Source: Eukaryota sp. TZLM1-RC (Eukaryota > Protista > Metamonada: BaSk clade). Taken from it: a DNA stretch of 64,000 nt. Every line of letters begins with the position of its first letter. Position 1 is the first letter of the stretch. The notes under the pieces are model-generated. The model was not told the origin of the DNA. It made no database searches and worked only from the letters and a program-made list of their open reading frames with translations. The position numbers and the translations under genes were made by a program. Positions 1 to 12,530 of this stretch are shown one piece after another. The DNA lies in contig JAUPSS010000006.1 in the NCBI GenBank assembly GCA_040285825.1, positions 1,426,001 to 1,490,000 on the forward strand. The letters are read 5' to 3'.

Positions 1-3000
1 TTGTATTTGTAACAAAAACCGTCTGTCAATTTCCGTCGTATTGTGAGTTGTAAGAAATTTCTTCAATATCGGCCAGTTCTTCATAATGCTGTTCGTGATC
101 CTAAGAATTATTCACAGTTTGGGTTTTGTACATTAAGAGTAGAACCTTTGCAGCCACCAAGTAAAATAAGCTTCGGATGAATTAACTTCTCAACTGTTGA
201 GAAACTTTTGTGTGGAATTCACCAAGGTAAAAAGACTCTAGAAAGTGCAATGATTTCAGAATTGTTGCTCGTATGATATCAAAAAGGAGCTCATGTTTGA
301 GACTTTTCCGGAATTCAGTGTCTAACGTAAAAGAAAGAAGAATGAATACGTATAACAAAGGACATGGAGTTGTGTGATGAGATGATGATGCTTGGAAATG
401 CAGCTTTTTGTACTTACTTCTGAGATGCATCGATCAAATATACTTCACACCCTGCGCTCGTGGTTTTCTTCAGTACCTGTGGAGCAAGACCACCTAGATC
501 TCAAAAAGATCCAACCCCTTTCAATCGTATCCAAGCACTACATTTGAATCTACCCACAAGTCTTTCCTTCACACAATCTGTGGTCTTCATAATACTTTGA
601 ATCCTTTTTGTCACAGAGAACAACATGAAAGCTGTTTACATTATCTTGCTCAGTGAAGAATCTGTTGAGATAGAGCCTTTCAAAACCAAGTTAGCTGACC
701 TCCCTAGTCTCCCTGATATGAAGCCTTACCCTTATAAAATTAATCTCATTAGTGCCATGTCCTACTATTTGAATTTCGTACCAGATTTTCGTGTTCATTA
801 TCTCTTTGATATAGCCTCGAAAAAGATCTATTTGGATGATAGAGTTCTTCGTTAGTGACAAGTGCTTAATGATCAAGAATACAATTCCTATGCTCTACAA
901 AAACCTTATACAAACTTACTTCAGTCGCATTGAAAATAGGTCTGTTCTTTTTCGAGACCTTGATGAAAGTCAAAAAGCCCAGTTTCTGACAAATTTTCCT
1001 TCAGTTTTGCCCAAATCAGTTTCGGAGACCCGTGGGTGTGCTGTTTTTGTTCAATTCGGAGGAATTCACATCAATATTGCAACAATATTCTCATTTTGTT
1101 TACAATTTGTTTGCATATCCATTTGTAACGTATTTTTGATACGGCATCTGAGTCGTTATTTAGTACTTATGAAGCACAACTTGTTGAGTTATCAAATATT
1201 AAAGCTGCACTACATGTTTCAGCCAGGGAAGATATCAATTGTGCTCCTAGTCAAGTTTCTCCTATTAATGGTAAACCTTGTTATGTTTATAAGATGGATC
1301 CAAACTTTAATATGCGTAATTTAATCAAAATTTCATTTTGTCAATTATCAAACCTAATTTTCAATTTGTTAAATACTTACGATCCCATTGTCGATTACCG
1401 CTTCCCTTTTTAAACATGCGGCTCTCAATGGGCCTAATCAACATCTCTCCGTCATTAATTTTCAACCTTTCGCCAGCGACGAAGATGCACTTCAAGCTCT
1501 AGAAAAATTTTTTTCAAGGAGGTAGGGTACATCCAAGCCTTTTTTTCTTATGAATGTGATCATTCAGTTCCAGTACATTCTGGAATGAAAGACATTTGCC
1601 AAGAATTTAGCGACTTATCACCAAAAGGAAAATATGTTACTTGCGTCCAACGGAAATCACCGTGTATTGGACTAACAACTGCTATTTATTTTGCATTATC
1701 GAAATTAAACAATGTGGTTTGTTATCAATTGGAGAAATTTGTGTCTGATACCCCGGACAAAGTATATGAAAGTCTTATCTATATTAACAGTGTAGTTTTA
1801 TTTTGTAAGGATTTGCCGTTGAACAATGTACACAAACTCATGAATACACTTAGCCAGAGACACTTTCAGTTTTTTTCATTTGGTGTACATTGGAAACAAG
1901 TTACCGGCCTTGAAAGAAAGGATGTTTCGATACAAAAAAATACACGTATGAAATGAATCTTTATAGAGACAATTTTATTTCTACTTTGAACAAACGTTGT
2001 GATCAATTAAACAAAAAAACTAGGACGACATGTTGAAAAAGATTTCTTATATATAGGAATTGCATTATTTAAGAAGAATTTTTCCTTAGCTGAGACTACA
2101 GTTAAGAGTTTGCTCGATTCAATGTGGAAGAAACTGAACGATCGAGATAAAGGACTATTTCTATTTTTATTGTCTTGTTTCGGTGACTGGGAAATCAGAA
2201 CAATTTCCCCTTGATTTATTCACTTCTGAAAGATTTCATTCTAATTTTGAAAAGTTGCCTTGTTTTAACAGAATTATTCTCCCTGCTGTTGGAGCTGGTA
2301 CAGGTCTATTTTGTATAAATAGAACTGTTGCTGAAATAATTTGTTCTTCTTCAACCAACTCTGGCGAATCAACTATTATGAATGCTTTTCGTCTTCTTTG
2401 GGATTCTGGAAGCGAAGCATGGTTTCATTCTGTTTTTATAAAGGTTATTCGAAAGTTATTTCTTAATCGAAGAGGTAAAATTAAAAATTCAACCAAAAGA
2501 TGCTTTTGATCTCTATTTTTTAATCCGATGTACTAGCGAAAATCTTCCTTCAGAATTATTATATAGTCAGCTTCAATGTTCGTTTTTGAAAATTTGTGCA
2601 AAAGAGGGATTCGAAGTTGAAAACTTATAGATGAAGCCATTTGTATTTTTTAACAACAGTGGCAAAATTGTTGAAAAATTTGGAGATTACGATGTGCCTG
2701 AAGGTTTTGTTAAAGAACGTCAAATTTCTCAGTTCTTCACTATTCTAGGGGATACATTCCGTTATTTTGCTCAAAATTTGCATTCCAGGAGAGCACACTG
2801 TTTGGATCTCTCGTTGATTTCCTATCAACAGGCATTGGCTGAGGATTCCGGGTCTACTTTTTGCAGCGCATGGATTTTTATTGACATATTGTTGTTGTTA
2901 TTTTTCGGGTAGAAATGATTTGGCTAACCGTTTTTCCACCAGCGAGTATCTCACACATGAGTTATTTATTTCTTTAGTTGAAAAATCCCCAGATTCCGTC

Positions 3001-3634
3001 CTTCAATTTGATTCATGGTTTACGAGTATGGGAGAATTTTTGCTGTCTCACAGTTTTGAAGCATTGTCTGATGATGAGCAACTAGCAGTTGGTAGAATAT
3101 GGTCTTTTTTTCTTCATAAGTAAGATGTTATCTTTTGACGATCGAAATTTGGTTTGGGATAATGATACTGTTGCTGAGTATATCAAAATTCCTCAATCGC
3201 GACTATTGTTGCAACATGATGAAGATGATGATAATTCAGATTGTTTTACATTGGCAACTGTTGTGGAGAAAGACCACCGAAATCTATCTTTAGAGGCAGC
3301 TACTCTGTTTCTTTTACGGTGAAACTGATTGTGAATCTGTATTTAATAATTTGGAAGATGTTTTCACTAGTAGTAGTAGTAAAAACTGTACACTAACTAC
3401 AATGCTCCAATTATATTTTAAGCCTGAGTTATTCCGATCCAAGAATTTCAACATTGTTCTTATTGATGACCAATTTATAAATCAACAATCCTGTTATCTT
3501 GAACTAAGAGATTCCAAATATAGGCTGTGTAAGGCACAGCAGGATTCTTACATGTTCATGCCAGCTGCGTTGACCAAAGACAGTGTAGGCAGCATGAATG
3601 TGAGAACTCTATCAAATGACCAATTGCCCGTCAC

Positions 3635-4461
3635 TGATGCCGTTAGGCAGATGAACACACGAAGGAGAGAGAGAAATCTGAGTTTATTAATAAAACTGAT
3701 TCATAAACGAGTATCACGTCATCAGTCAAAATACAATGAAACCTACTAATTCAATTTAAGTTCGACAACAACACTACTTTTTCTCATTTTCTGAGGACAA
3801 ATACAGTACTGGCTCAATAGAGGGGAGATATGGGGTTTGTTAAATTCTCCGGTGCATCGATGGTATGAGAACGTTGGATACCTACGAAAAGAAGTCCTCT
3901 GGCAAATCGGTTCAGAAAAGCTATGTCTGGCAACTTCAGTCCGGAAGCCCTACTCTTTACCTGGAAAAAACGTCGCAGGTAACAGGACATACGTTCTCGG
4001 ACGTCACCAATACGGACATAAAGCATCAGTTCTGACATAGCCAGACTAAAATCTTCGTACATGGCGAACGATACGACAGATTGTAGATGTCTGAGAAGAA
4101 CATCGTCACTGGATCAGCCGTCGGATTTCTGGAGAGATAGGGACTCTAACAGAAAAGAATCGACCAAGAGTCTTGCTGGAACAAGCTCTTTCTTAGGAGT
4201 CACCGAAGAATAAATCTTTCACTCCTATAGGAACAGAAGAACACTTTCAACTTTCATGGAAGAAAGAGACGTCAGGTTAACAGAGGGAACAGTCATCTGA
4301 AATAAGAAGGGCCAATAATTATTGATGCCGTTAGGCAGATGAACACACGAAGGAGAGAGAGAAATCTGAGTTTATTAATAAAACTGATTCATAAACGAGT
4401 ATCACGTCATCAGTCAAAATACAATGAAACCTACTAATTCAATTTAAGTTCGACAACAACA
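3635..4461 (-). mobile_element. Non-autonomous LTR retrotransposon (TRIM-like), copy 1, 827 bp
   Basis: Identical 139 bp direct repeats at 3635..3773 and 4323..4461 with TG...CA ends. 4 bp TSD tcac (3631-3634 / 4462-4465). The empty site cccgtcacagta is present in other gene copies. Polypurine tract agaaaatgagaaaaagtag on the minus strand abuts the 3' LTR. Confidence 0.95.
3814..4296 (-). pseudogene. gag-like remnant inside TRIM copy 1
   Basis: Same 483 nt frame and the same three stops as in copy 2. Confidence 0.5.
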
Positions 4462-4729
4462 TCACAGTATTTTGTGATTCAAATGCTATTATTATTTTCT
4501 CCAAAAATAAACCCTACCTTAAAATTTCACCAAAAACCCTGTGATTGTTTATTAAGGTAGATGAGTCTATTTAAAAAGCTTAGTTTTTGTTTATATTTGA
4601 AAAACCCTGCTGTTTCACAACTTCCACAATGTTTCAGAACATATGCATGAACCATTGCGAATGAGTTTTCATCGGTTACCTTATCTTATATTTGTTGTTA
4701 TATGTTATAGACTATTTTATTTTTTGCAT

Positions 4730-5404
4730 AAATATGTTTGAACATTCCTATTGATCAATTATCACTAAAAAGTGTATTCAAATTCACCACAGCTCACTTT
4801 GCATCATGCTCTGAATTGTTCTAAATTGATAACTTATCGTTCTTCATTACATGATCCTGTTAGAGACACTCTTTTCAATATAGCACAAACTGTAAGCATA
4901 TCGTGTAACAAAGAGCCTCTGCTAAAGCAAACACGTTCTCAGAATTATTTTGGTTCTGGTGATAAAGTTGCTGTATACTGTGATTGGATTGATAATTCTG
5001 AAGCTACTTTTGACTTTGTCTCATGTAATGATGCAAATGATACTGTTGTTCACAGAGGAAAACTTGGTCCTGTAAGTGTTCTTGATTTTAAAGCAAAAGA
5101 AAGACATAGAAAATATGATACAGATACTGAGGAGGCTAATGTTGATAGAAATACACAGCTGGTTTTTATTGCTTTCCCATTTTCGATTAATGGAAGATTA
5201 TCAAATGAAGCAGAAACTTTTTTGAATGATTTCCAAAAAAATGTTCAAGTAAAAACAATGAAAAGTTTTGATATTGGCTTATGGCGTTCACGGATTCAAT
5301 TTGCCATTATTAATAGATTACCTCGGTTTTTCAATCGAATAAGAGAAGCTTTAGCTAGACAGCAAGCAGATCAAGATTTTGTAGAGGAAATCTTGGTTCA
5401 ATGA
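4730..5404 (+). mobile_element. 3' end of a CRE-clade non-LTR retrotransposon (zinc knuckle + restriction-like endonuclease), S spacer
   Basis: HALNC...R...HD.VRD, KEP, D-x-V...K..KY and F.AFPFSING.L motifs typical of RLE-type elements. Natural stop followed by an AT-rich tail containing aataaa. Confidence 0.8.
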
Positions 5405-6025
5405 TAGTCGTCCCATTAGTTATGAGTTAATTTAATTAAGTGTGAAAATTGAATAAATATTAAATAACAAAGAAGCAATAACTTCATATTATTTTTAGAC
5501 TTACATAGTCAGCCTTGATTATTCTGTCTATAAAGTTCAAGAATCCTGTTATTGACGTAGCACAATCTAAATAACCTAGACGACCCTCGGATATTAGGTT
5601 TTGAATCTTCTGTCCAAGCCGATCGATCGGATATTTTTACACCCTTCAGAAACTGTAAACATTACAGATATCCTTTCAAGATATTCTTTGAAACCCAACT
5701 CACTTCATTCTTGGTGTAGTTCTTTCAGTTCATTCCCTCTACTTTCGTATCATCCATATAATGTGTCTCTGGTATAATCACTCTTTTTCTTGATCATTCT
5801 CTTGATGTGCTCGTGCTTATTTCAACAAGAAAGATACTTGATATTCACCACCATCGTTCTCCACACTGTATTCTACTTTACTTCAAATTCATACCTGGGA
5901 CATTCAGTTTCCATTCCACACCTGTATTGTCCAGCAAACTTCATTATACATTTCATTGACCTTAGCTTGCTGATTTTCATCACATTTGCACCCTCTATTC
6001 CCTTATGATTACCCCATATGATTTC

Positions 6026-6110
6026 CGACAACTGGGAGTTGAACCCACAAACATTGGGATTTCTACTGTTAATTTGTTGGAGGTGGTGGTATTTGAACCT
6101 AGAACATGGT
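6026..6110 (-). pseudogene. Two adjacent degenerate tRNA 3'-half-like remnants (also 11558, 32748, 46770)
   Basis: Minus strand reads ...ctaGGTTCAAATaccaccacctcca, then tagaaatcc...tGGGTTCAACTCCCagttgtcg. These are T-loop/B-box motifs followed by acceptor-like 3' ends; no 5' halves are visible. Confidence 0.35.
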
Positions 6111-6998
6111 TTTGAGTGGAAATCTTTATTCTTATTTATTATTTATTTATTATTAAACTAACTAAAATTTCTCATGAAGGATGATTTTCGCTGGTTTGGG
6201 TTTTAGTTAATTATCATGTTTTTACATGTAAATGATATAATTTACCATTAACCTTAAGTTGGTTGATTGAACACAATTTAAACTTGAAATTTACCAATGC
6301 CAAAACTTAAGGTTCAGATGATCTAGATGATGAAGTTAGTGATGAAACATTAAGACCCTTGTTACAACTAATGTTGGCTTTGATGATGTAGTTGTTGTTT
6401 GTTATTCAAATGCTATTGTAGGGTTCCATTCATCATTATTATTATTTTCAATTTGAGAGTCTCCACCAAATATTGAGAGTAATTCTCTTTATTTTGAGTT
6501 TCTATTGATAAACACATAAACGACTAATTAATCATCAATCATTCTGTTTTTAACTGTTGTAAGATGATTATGGTCAAGAAAGACCTGATTACGTGTTTCT
6601 GTATAGTCTACATGTTTTTGGATTTTTGGATGTTTGTTGACAACAACCTTTTATGTGATTTAACTAGTCTTAATATAGTCTTATTAATATATTTATATAT
6701 GATTTTTTATAACTAATCATTTAAATAATTACTTTTTCGAAATGAAAAATGTGAAGCACTGTTATTATGGTGCAAGACAAGTCTGGTTTTTGTTTCCAAA
6801 CATTGTGTTAAGGACAACTACCATGTGAATACAGCAACTTCACAATTATTAGAAGATTTTTGTGAGAAAAAAAACGTCTGAGTGAATATTTGAGTTTTAT
6901 CAATTCTATGATTAGTTTTATGATTAACATACCTAATACTTCAGTACTGACAATTTGTTACAAAGGGTCAATGGACTGAGAAGAATTATTTTCCGATT

Positions 6999-9900
6999 GT
7001 GAAGGCTGTTTACATTATCTTGCACAGTGAAGAAACTGTTGAGATAGAGCCTTTGAAAACCAAGTTAGCTGACCTCCCTAGTCTCCTTGATGTGAAGCCT
7101 TACCCTTATAAAATTAATCTCATCAGTGCCATGTCCTACTATTTAAATTTCGTACCAGATTTTCGTGTTCATTATCTCTTTGATATAGCCTCGAAAAGAT
7201 CTATTTGGATGATAGAGTTCTTCGTTAGTGACAAGCGCTTAATGATCAAGAATACAATTCCTATGCTCTACAAAAACCTTATACAAACTTACTTCAGTCG
7301 CATTGAAAATAGGCCCGTTCATTTTCGAGACCTTGATAAAAGTCAAAAAGCCCATTTTCTGAAAAATTTTCCTTCAGTAATTGCCCAAATCAGTTTCGGA
7401 GACCCGTGGGTGTGCTGTTTTGTTCAATTCGGAGGAATTCACATCAATATTGCAACAGTATTCTCATTTTGTTTACAATTTGTTTGCATATCCGTTTGTA
7501 ACGTATTTTGATACGGCATCTGAGTCGTTATTTAGTACTTATGAAGCACAACTTGTTCAGTTATCAAATATTAAAGCTGCACTACATGTTTCAGCCAGGG
7601 AAGATATCAATTGTGCTCCTAGTCAAGTTTCTCCTATTAATGGTAAACCTTGTTATGTTTATAAGATGGATGCAAACTTTAATATGCGTAATTTAATCAA
7701 AATTTCATTTTGTCAATTATCAAACCTAATTTTCAATTTGTTAAATACTTACGATCCCATTGTCGATTACCGCTTCCCTTTTAAACATGCGGCTCTCAAT
7801 GGGCCTAATCAACATCTCTCTGTCATTAATTTTCAACCTTTCGTCAGCGACGAAGATGCACTTCAAGCTCTAGAAATTTTTTTTCAAGGAGGTAGGGTAC
7901 ATCCAAGCCTTTTTTCTTATGAATGTGATCATTCAGTTCCAGTACATTCTGGAATGAAAGACATTTGCCAAGAATTTAGCGACTTATCACCAAAAGGAAA
8001 ATATGTTACTTGCGTCCAACGGAAATCACCGTGTATTGGACTAACAACTGCTATTTATTTTGCATTATCGAAATTAAACAATGTGGTTTGTTATCAATTG
8101 GAGAAATTTGTGTCTGATACCCTGGACAAAGTATATGAAAGTCTTATCTATATTAACAGTGTAGTTCTATTTTGTAAGGATTTGCCGTTGAACAATGTAC
8201 ACAAACTCATGAATACACTTAGCCAGAGACACTTTGAGTTTTTTCATTTGGTGTACATTGGAAACAAGTTACCGGCCTTGAAAGAAAGGATGTTTCGATA
8301 CAAAAAATACACGTATGAAATGAATCTTTATAGAGACAATTTTATTTCTACTTTGAACAAACGTTGTGATCAATTAAACAAAAAACTAGGACGACATGTT
8401 GAAAAAGATTTCTTATATATAGGAATTGCATTATTTAAGAAGAATTTTTCCTTAGCTGAGACTACAGTTAAGAGTTTGCTCGATTCAATGTGGAAGAAAC
8501 TGAACGATCGAGATAAAGGACTATTTCTATTTTATTGTCTTGTTTCGGTGACTGGGAAATCAGAACAATTTCCCCTTGATTTATTCACTTCTGAAAGATT
8601 TCATTCTAATTTTGAAAAGTTGCCTTGTTTTAACAGAATTATTCTCCCTGCTGTTGGAGCTGGTACAGGTCTATTTTGTATAAATAGAACTGTTGCTGAA
8701 ATAATTTGTTCTTCTTCAACCAACTCTGGCGAATCAACTATTATGAATGCTTTTCGTCTTCTTTGGGATTCTGGAAGCGAAGCATGGTTTCATTCTGTTT
8801 TTATAAAGGTTATTCGAAAGTTATTTCTTAATCGAAGAGGTAAAATTAAAATTCAACCAAAAGATGCTTTTGATCTCTATTTTTTAATCCGATGTACTAG
8901 CGAAAATCTTCCTTCAGAATTATTATATAGTCAGCTTTAATGTTCGTTTTTGAAAATTTGTGCAAAAGAGGGATTCGAAGTTGAAAAACTTATAGATGAA
9001 GCCATTTGTATTTTTAACAACAGTGGCAAAATTGTTGAAAAATTTGGAGATTACGATGTGCCTGAAGGTTTTGTTAAAGAACGTCAAATTTCTCAGTTCT
9101 TCACTATTCTAGGGGATATATTCCGTTATTTTGCTCAAAATTTGCATTCCAGGAGAGCACACTGTTTGGATCTCTCGTTGATTTCCTATCAACAGGCATT
9201 GGCTGAGGATTCCGGGTCTACTTTTGCAGCGCATGGATTTTTATTGACATATTGTTGTTGTTATTTTTCGGGTAGAAATGATTTGGCTAACCGTTTTTCC
9301 ACCAGCGAGTATCTCACACATGAGTTATTTATTTCTTTAGTTGAAAAATCCCCAGATTCCGTCCTTCAATTTGATTCATGGTTTACGAGTATGGGAGAAT
9401 TTTTGCTGTCTCACAGTTTTGAAGCATTGTCTGATGATGAGCAACTAGCAGTTGGTAGAATATGGTCTTTTTTTCTTCATAAGTAAGATGTTATCTTTTG
9501 ACGATCGAAATTTGGTTTGGGATAATGATACTGTTGCTGAGTATATCAAAATTCCTCAATCGCGACTATTGTTGCAACATGATGAAGATGATGATAATTC
9601 AGATTGTTTTACATTGGCAACTGTTGTGGAGAAAGACCACCGAAATCTATCTTTAGAGGCAGCTACTCTGTTTCTTTACGGTGAAACTGATTGTGAATCT
9701 GTATTTAATAATTTGGAAGATGTTTTCACTAGTAGTAGTAGTAAAAACTGTACACTAACTACAATGCTCCAATTATATTTTAAGCCTGAGTTATTCCGAT
9801 CCAAGAATTTCAACATTGTTCTTATTGATGACCAATTTATAAATCAACAATCCTGTTATCTTGAACTAAGAGATTCCAAATATAGGCTGTGTAAGGCACA

Positions 9901-10076
9901 GCAGGATTCTTACATGTTCATGCCAGCTGCGTTGACCAAAAGACAGTGTAGGCAGCATGAATGTGAGAACTCTATCAAATGACCAATTGCCCGTCACAGT
10001 ATTTTGTGATTCAAATGCTATTATTATTTTCTCCAAAAATAAACCCTACCTTAAAATTTCACCAAAAACCCTGTGA
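6999..10076 (+). pseudogene. Gene X copy 2 (type B) with a nonsense substitution
   Basis: CAA in other copies is TAA at 8938-8940. There is also a non-homopolymer indel at ~7379 (cagtaattg vs cagttttg). Confidence 0.85.
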
Positions 10077-10261
10077 TTGTTTATTAAGGTAGATGAGTCT
10101 ATTTAAAAAGCTTAGTTTTTGTTTATATTTGAAAAACCCTGCTGTTTCACAACTTCCACAATGTTTCAGAACATATGCATGAACCATTGCGAATGAGTTT
10201 TCATCGGTTACCTTATCTTATATTTGTTGTTATATGTTATAGACTATTTTATTTTTTGCAT

Positions 10262-10936
10262 AAATATGTTTGAACATTCCTATTGATCAATTATCACTAA
10301 AAAGTGTATTCAAATTCACCACAGCTCACTTTGCATCATGCTCTGAATTGTTCTAAATTGATAACTTATCGTTCTTCATTACATGATCCTGTTAGAGACA
10401 CTCTTTTCAATATAGCACAAACTGTAAGCATATCGTGTAACAAAGAGCCTCTGCTAAAGCAAACACGTTCTCAGAATTATTTTGGTTCTGGTGATAAAGT
10501 TGCTGTATACTGTGATTGGATTGATAATTCTGAAGCTACTTTTGACTTTGTCTCATGTAATGATGCAAATGATACTGTTGTTCACAGAGGAAAACTTGGT
10601 CCTGTAAGTGTTCTTGATTTTAAAGCAAAAGAAAGACATAGAAAATATGATACAGATACTGAGGAGGCTAATGTTGATAGAAATACACAGCTGGTTTTTA
10701 TTGCTTTCCCATTTTCGATTAATGGAAGATTATCAAATGAAGCAGAAACTTTTTTGAATGATTTCCAAAAAAATGTTCAAGTAAAAACAATGAAAAGTTT
10801 TGATATTGGCTTATGGCGTTCACGGATTCAATTTGCCATTATTAATAGATTACCTCGGTTTTTCAATCGAATAAGAGAAGCTTTAGCTAGACAGCAAGCA
10901 GATCAAGATTTTGTAGAGGAAATCTTGGTTCAATGA
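10262..10936 (+). mobile_element. 3' end of a CRE-clade non-LTR retrotransposon, second S spacer
   Basis: Identical 210-aa ORF to 4772..5404. Confidence 0.8.
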
Positions 10937-12530
10937 TAGTCGTCCCATTAGTTATGAGTTAATTTAATTAAGTGTGAAAATTCAATAAATATTAAATAAC
11001 AAAGAAGCAATAACTTCATATTATTTTTAGACTTACATAGTCAGCCTTGATTATTCTGTCTATAAAGTTCAAGAATCCTGTTATTGACGTAGCACAATCT
11101 AAATAACCTAGACGACCCTCGGATATTAGGTTTTGAATCTTCTGTCCAAGCCGATCGATCGGATATTTTTACACCCTTCAGAAACTGTAAACATTACAGA
11201 TATCCTTTCAAGATATTCTTTGAAACCCAACTCACTTCATTCTTGGTGTAGTTCTTTCAGTTCATTCCCTCTACTTTCGTATCATCCATATAATGTGTCT
11301 CTGGTATAATCACTCTTTTTCTTGATCATTCTCTTGATGTGCTCGTGCTTATTTCAACAAGAAAGATACTTGATATTCACCACCATCGTTCTCCACACTG
11401 TATTCTACTTTACTTCAAATTCATACCTGGGACATTCAGTTTCCATTCCACACCTGTATTGTCCAGCAAACTTCATTATACATTTCATTGACCTTAGCTT
11501 GCTGATTTTCATCACATTTGCACCCTCTATTCCCTTATGATTACCCCATATGATTTCCGACAACTGGGAGTTGAACCCACAAACATTGGGATTTCTACTG
11601 TTAATTTGTTGGAGGTGGTGGTATTTGAACCTAGAACATGGTTTTGAGTGGAAATCTTTATTCTTATTTATTATTTATTTATTATTAAACTAACTAAAAT
11701 TTCTCATGAAGGATGATTTTCGCTGGTTTGGGTTTTAGTTAATTATCATGTTTTTACATGTAAATGATATAATTTACCATTAACCTTAAGTTGGTTGATT
11801 GAACACAATTTAAACTTGAAATTTACCAATGCCAAAACTTAAGGTTCAGATGATCTAGATGATGAAGTTAGTGATGAAACATTAAGACCCTTGTTACAAC
11901 TAATGTTGGCTTTGATGATGTAGTTGTTGTTTGTTATTCAAATGCTATTGTAGGGTTCCATTCATCATTATTATTATTTTCAATTTGAGAGTCTCCACCA
12001 AATATTGAGAGTAATTCTCTTTATTTTGAGTTTCTATTGATAAACACATAAACGACTAATTAATCATCAATCATTCTGTTTTTAACTGTTGTAAGATGAT
12101 TATGGTCAAGAAAGACCTGATTACGTGTTTCTGTATAGTCTACATGTTTTTGGATTTTTGGATGTTTGTTGACAACAACCTTTTATGTGATTTAACTAGT
12201 CTTAATATAGTCTTATTAATATATTTATATATGATTTTTTATAACTAATCATTTAAATAATTACTTTTTCGAAATGAAAAATGTGAAGCACTGTTATTAT
12301 GGTGCAAGACAAGTCTGGTTTTTGTTTCCAAACATTGTGATAAGGACAACTACCATGTGAATACAGCAACTTCACAATTATTAGAAGATTTTTGTGAGAA
12401 AAAAAACGTCTGAGTGAATATTTGAGTTTTATCAATTCTATGATTAGTTTTATGATTAACATACCTAATACTTCAGTACTGACAATTTGTTACAAAGGGT
12501 CAATGGACTGAGAAGAATTATTTTCCGATT

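Larger units (their letters stand above)
398..4544 (+). pseudogene. Gene X copy 1 (type A), interrupted near the 3' end by a TRIM insertion; homopolymer frameshifts probably artefactual
   Basis: Near-identical to copy 4. ATG of MKAV at 625, insertion at 3635..4461, normal stop at 4542-4544. Confidence 0.9.

Noticed and set aside
3837-4040. 67-aa ORF (and 26979..27182) as a gene
   Set aside because: It is antisense to the TRIM's gag-like frame, has a TTG start and no recognisable motifs.
5790-6008. 72-aa hydrophobic ORF as a membrane protein
   Set aside because: TTG start; its composition reflects the antisense of a purine-rich relic frame.
6026-6110. Intact tRNA genes, or a functional link between the tRNA-half remnants and SAMD9-type tRNA cleavage
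   Set aside because: No D-arm or 5' acceptor strand is visible, and gene X shows no AlbA_2 nuclease domain, so nothing in the sequence supports a link.
7508-7696. Recurrent 62-aa ORF MIRHLSRY... as an overlapping gene
   Set aside because: It is an alternative frame of gene X with a TTG start and recurs only because the host gene is repeated.
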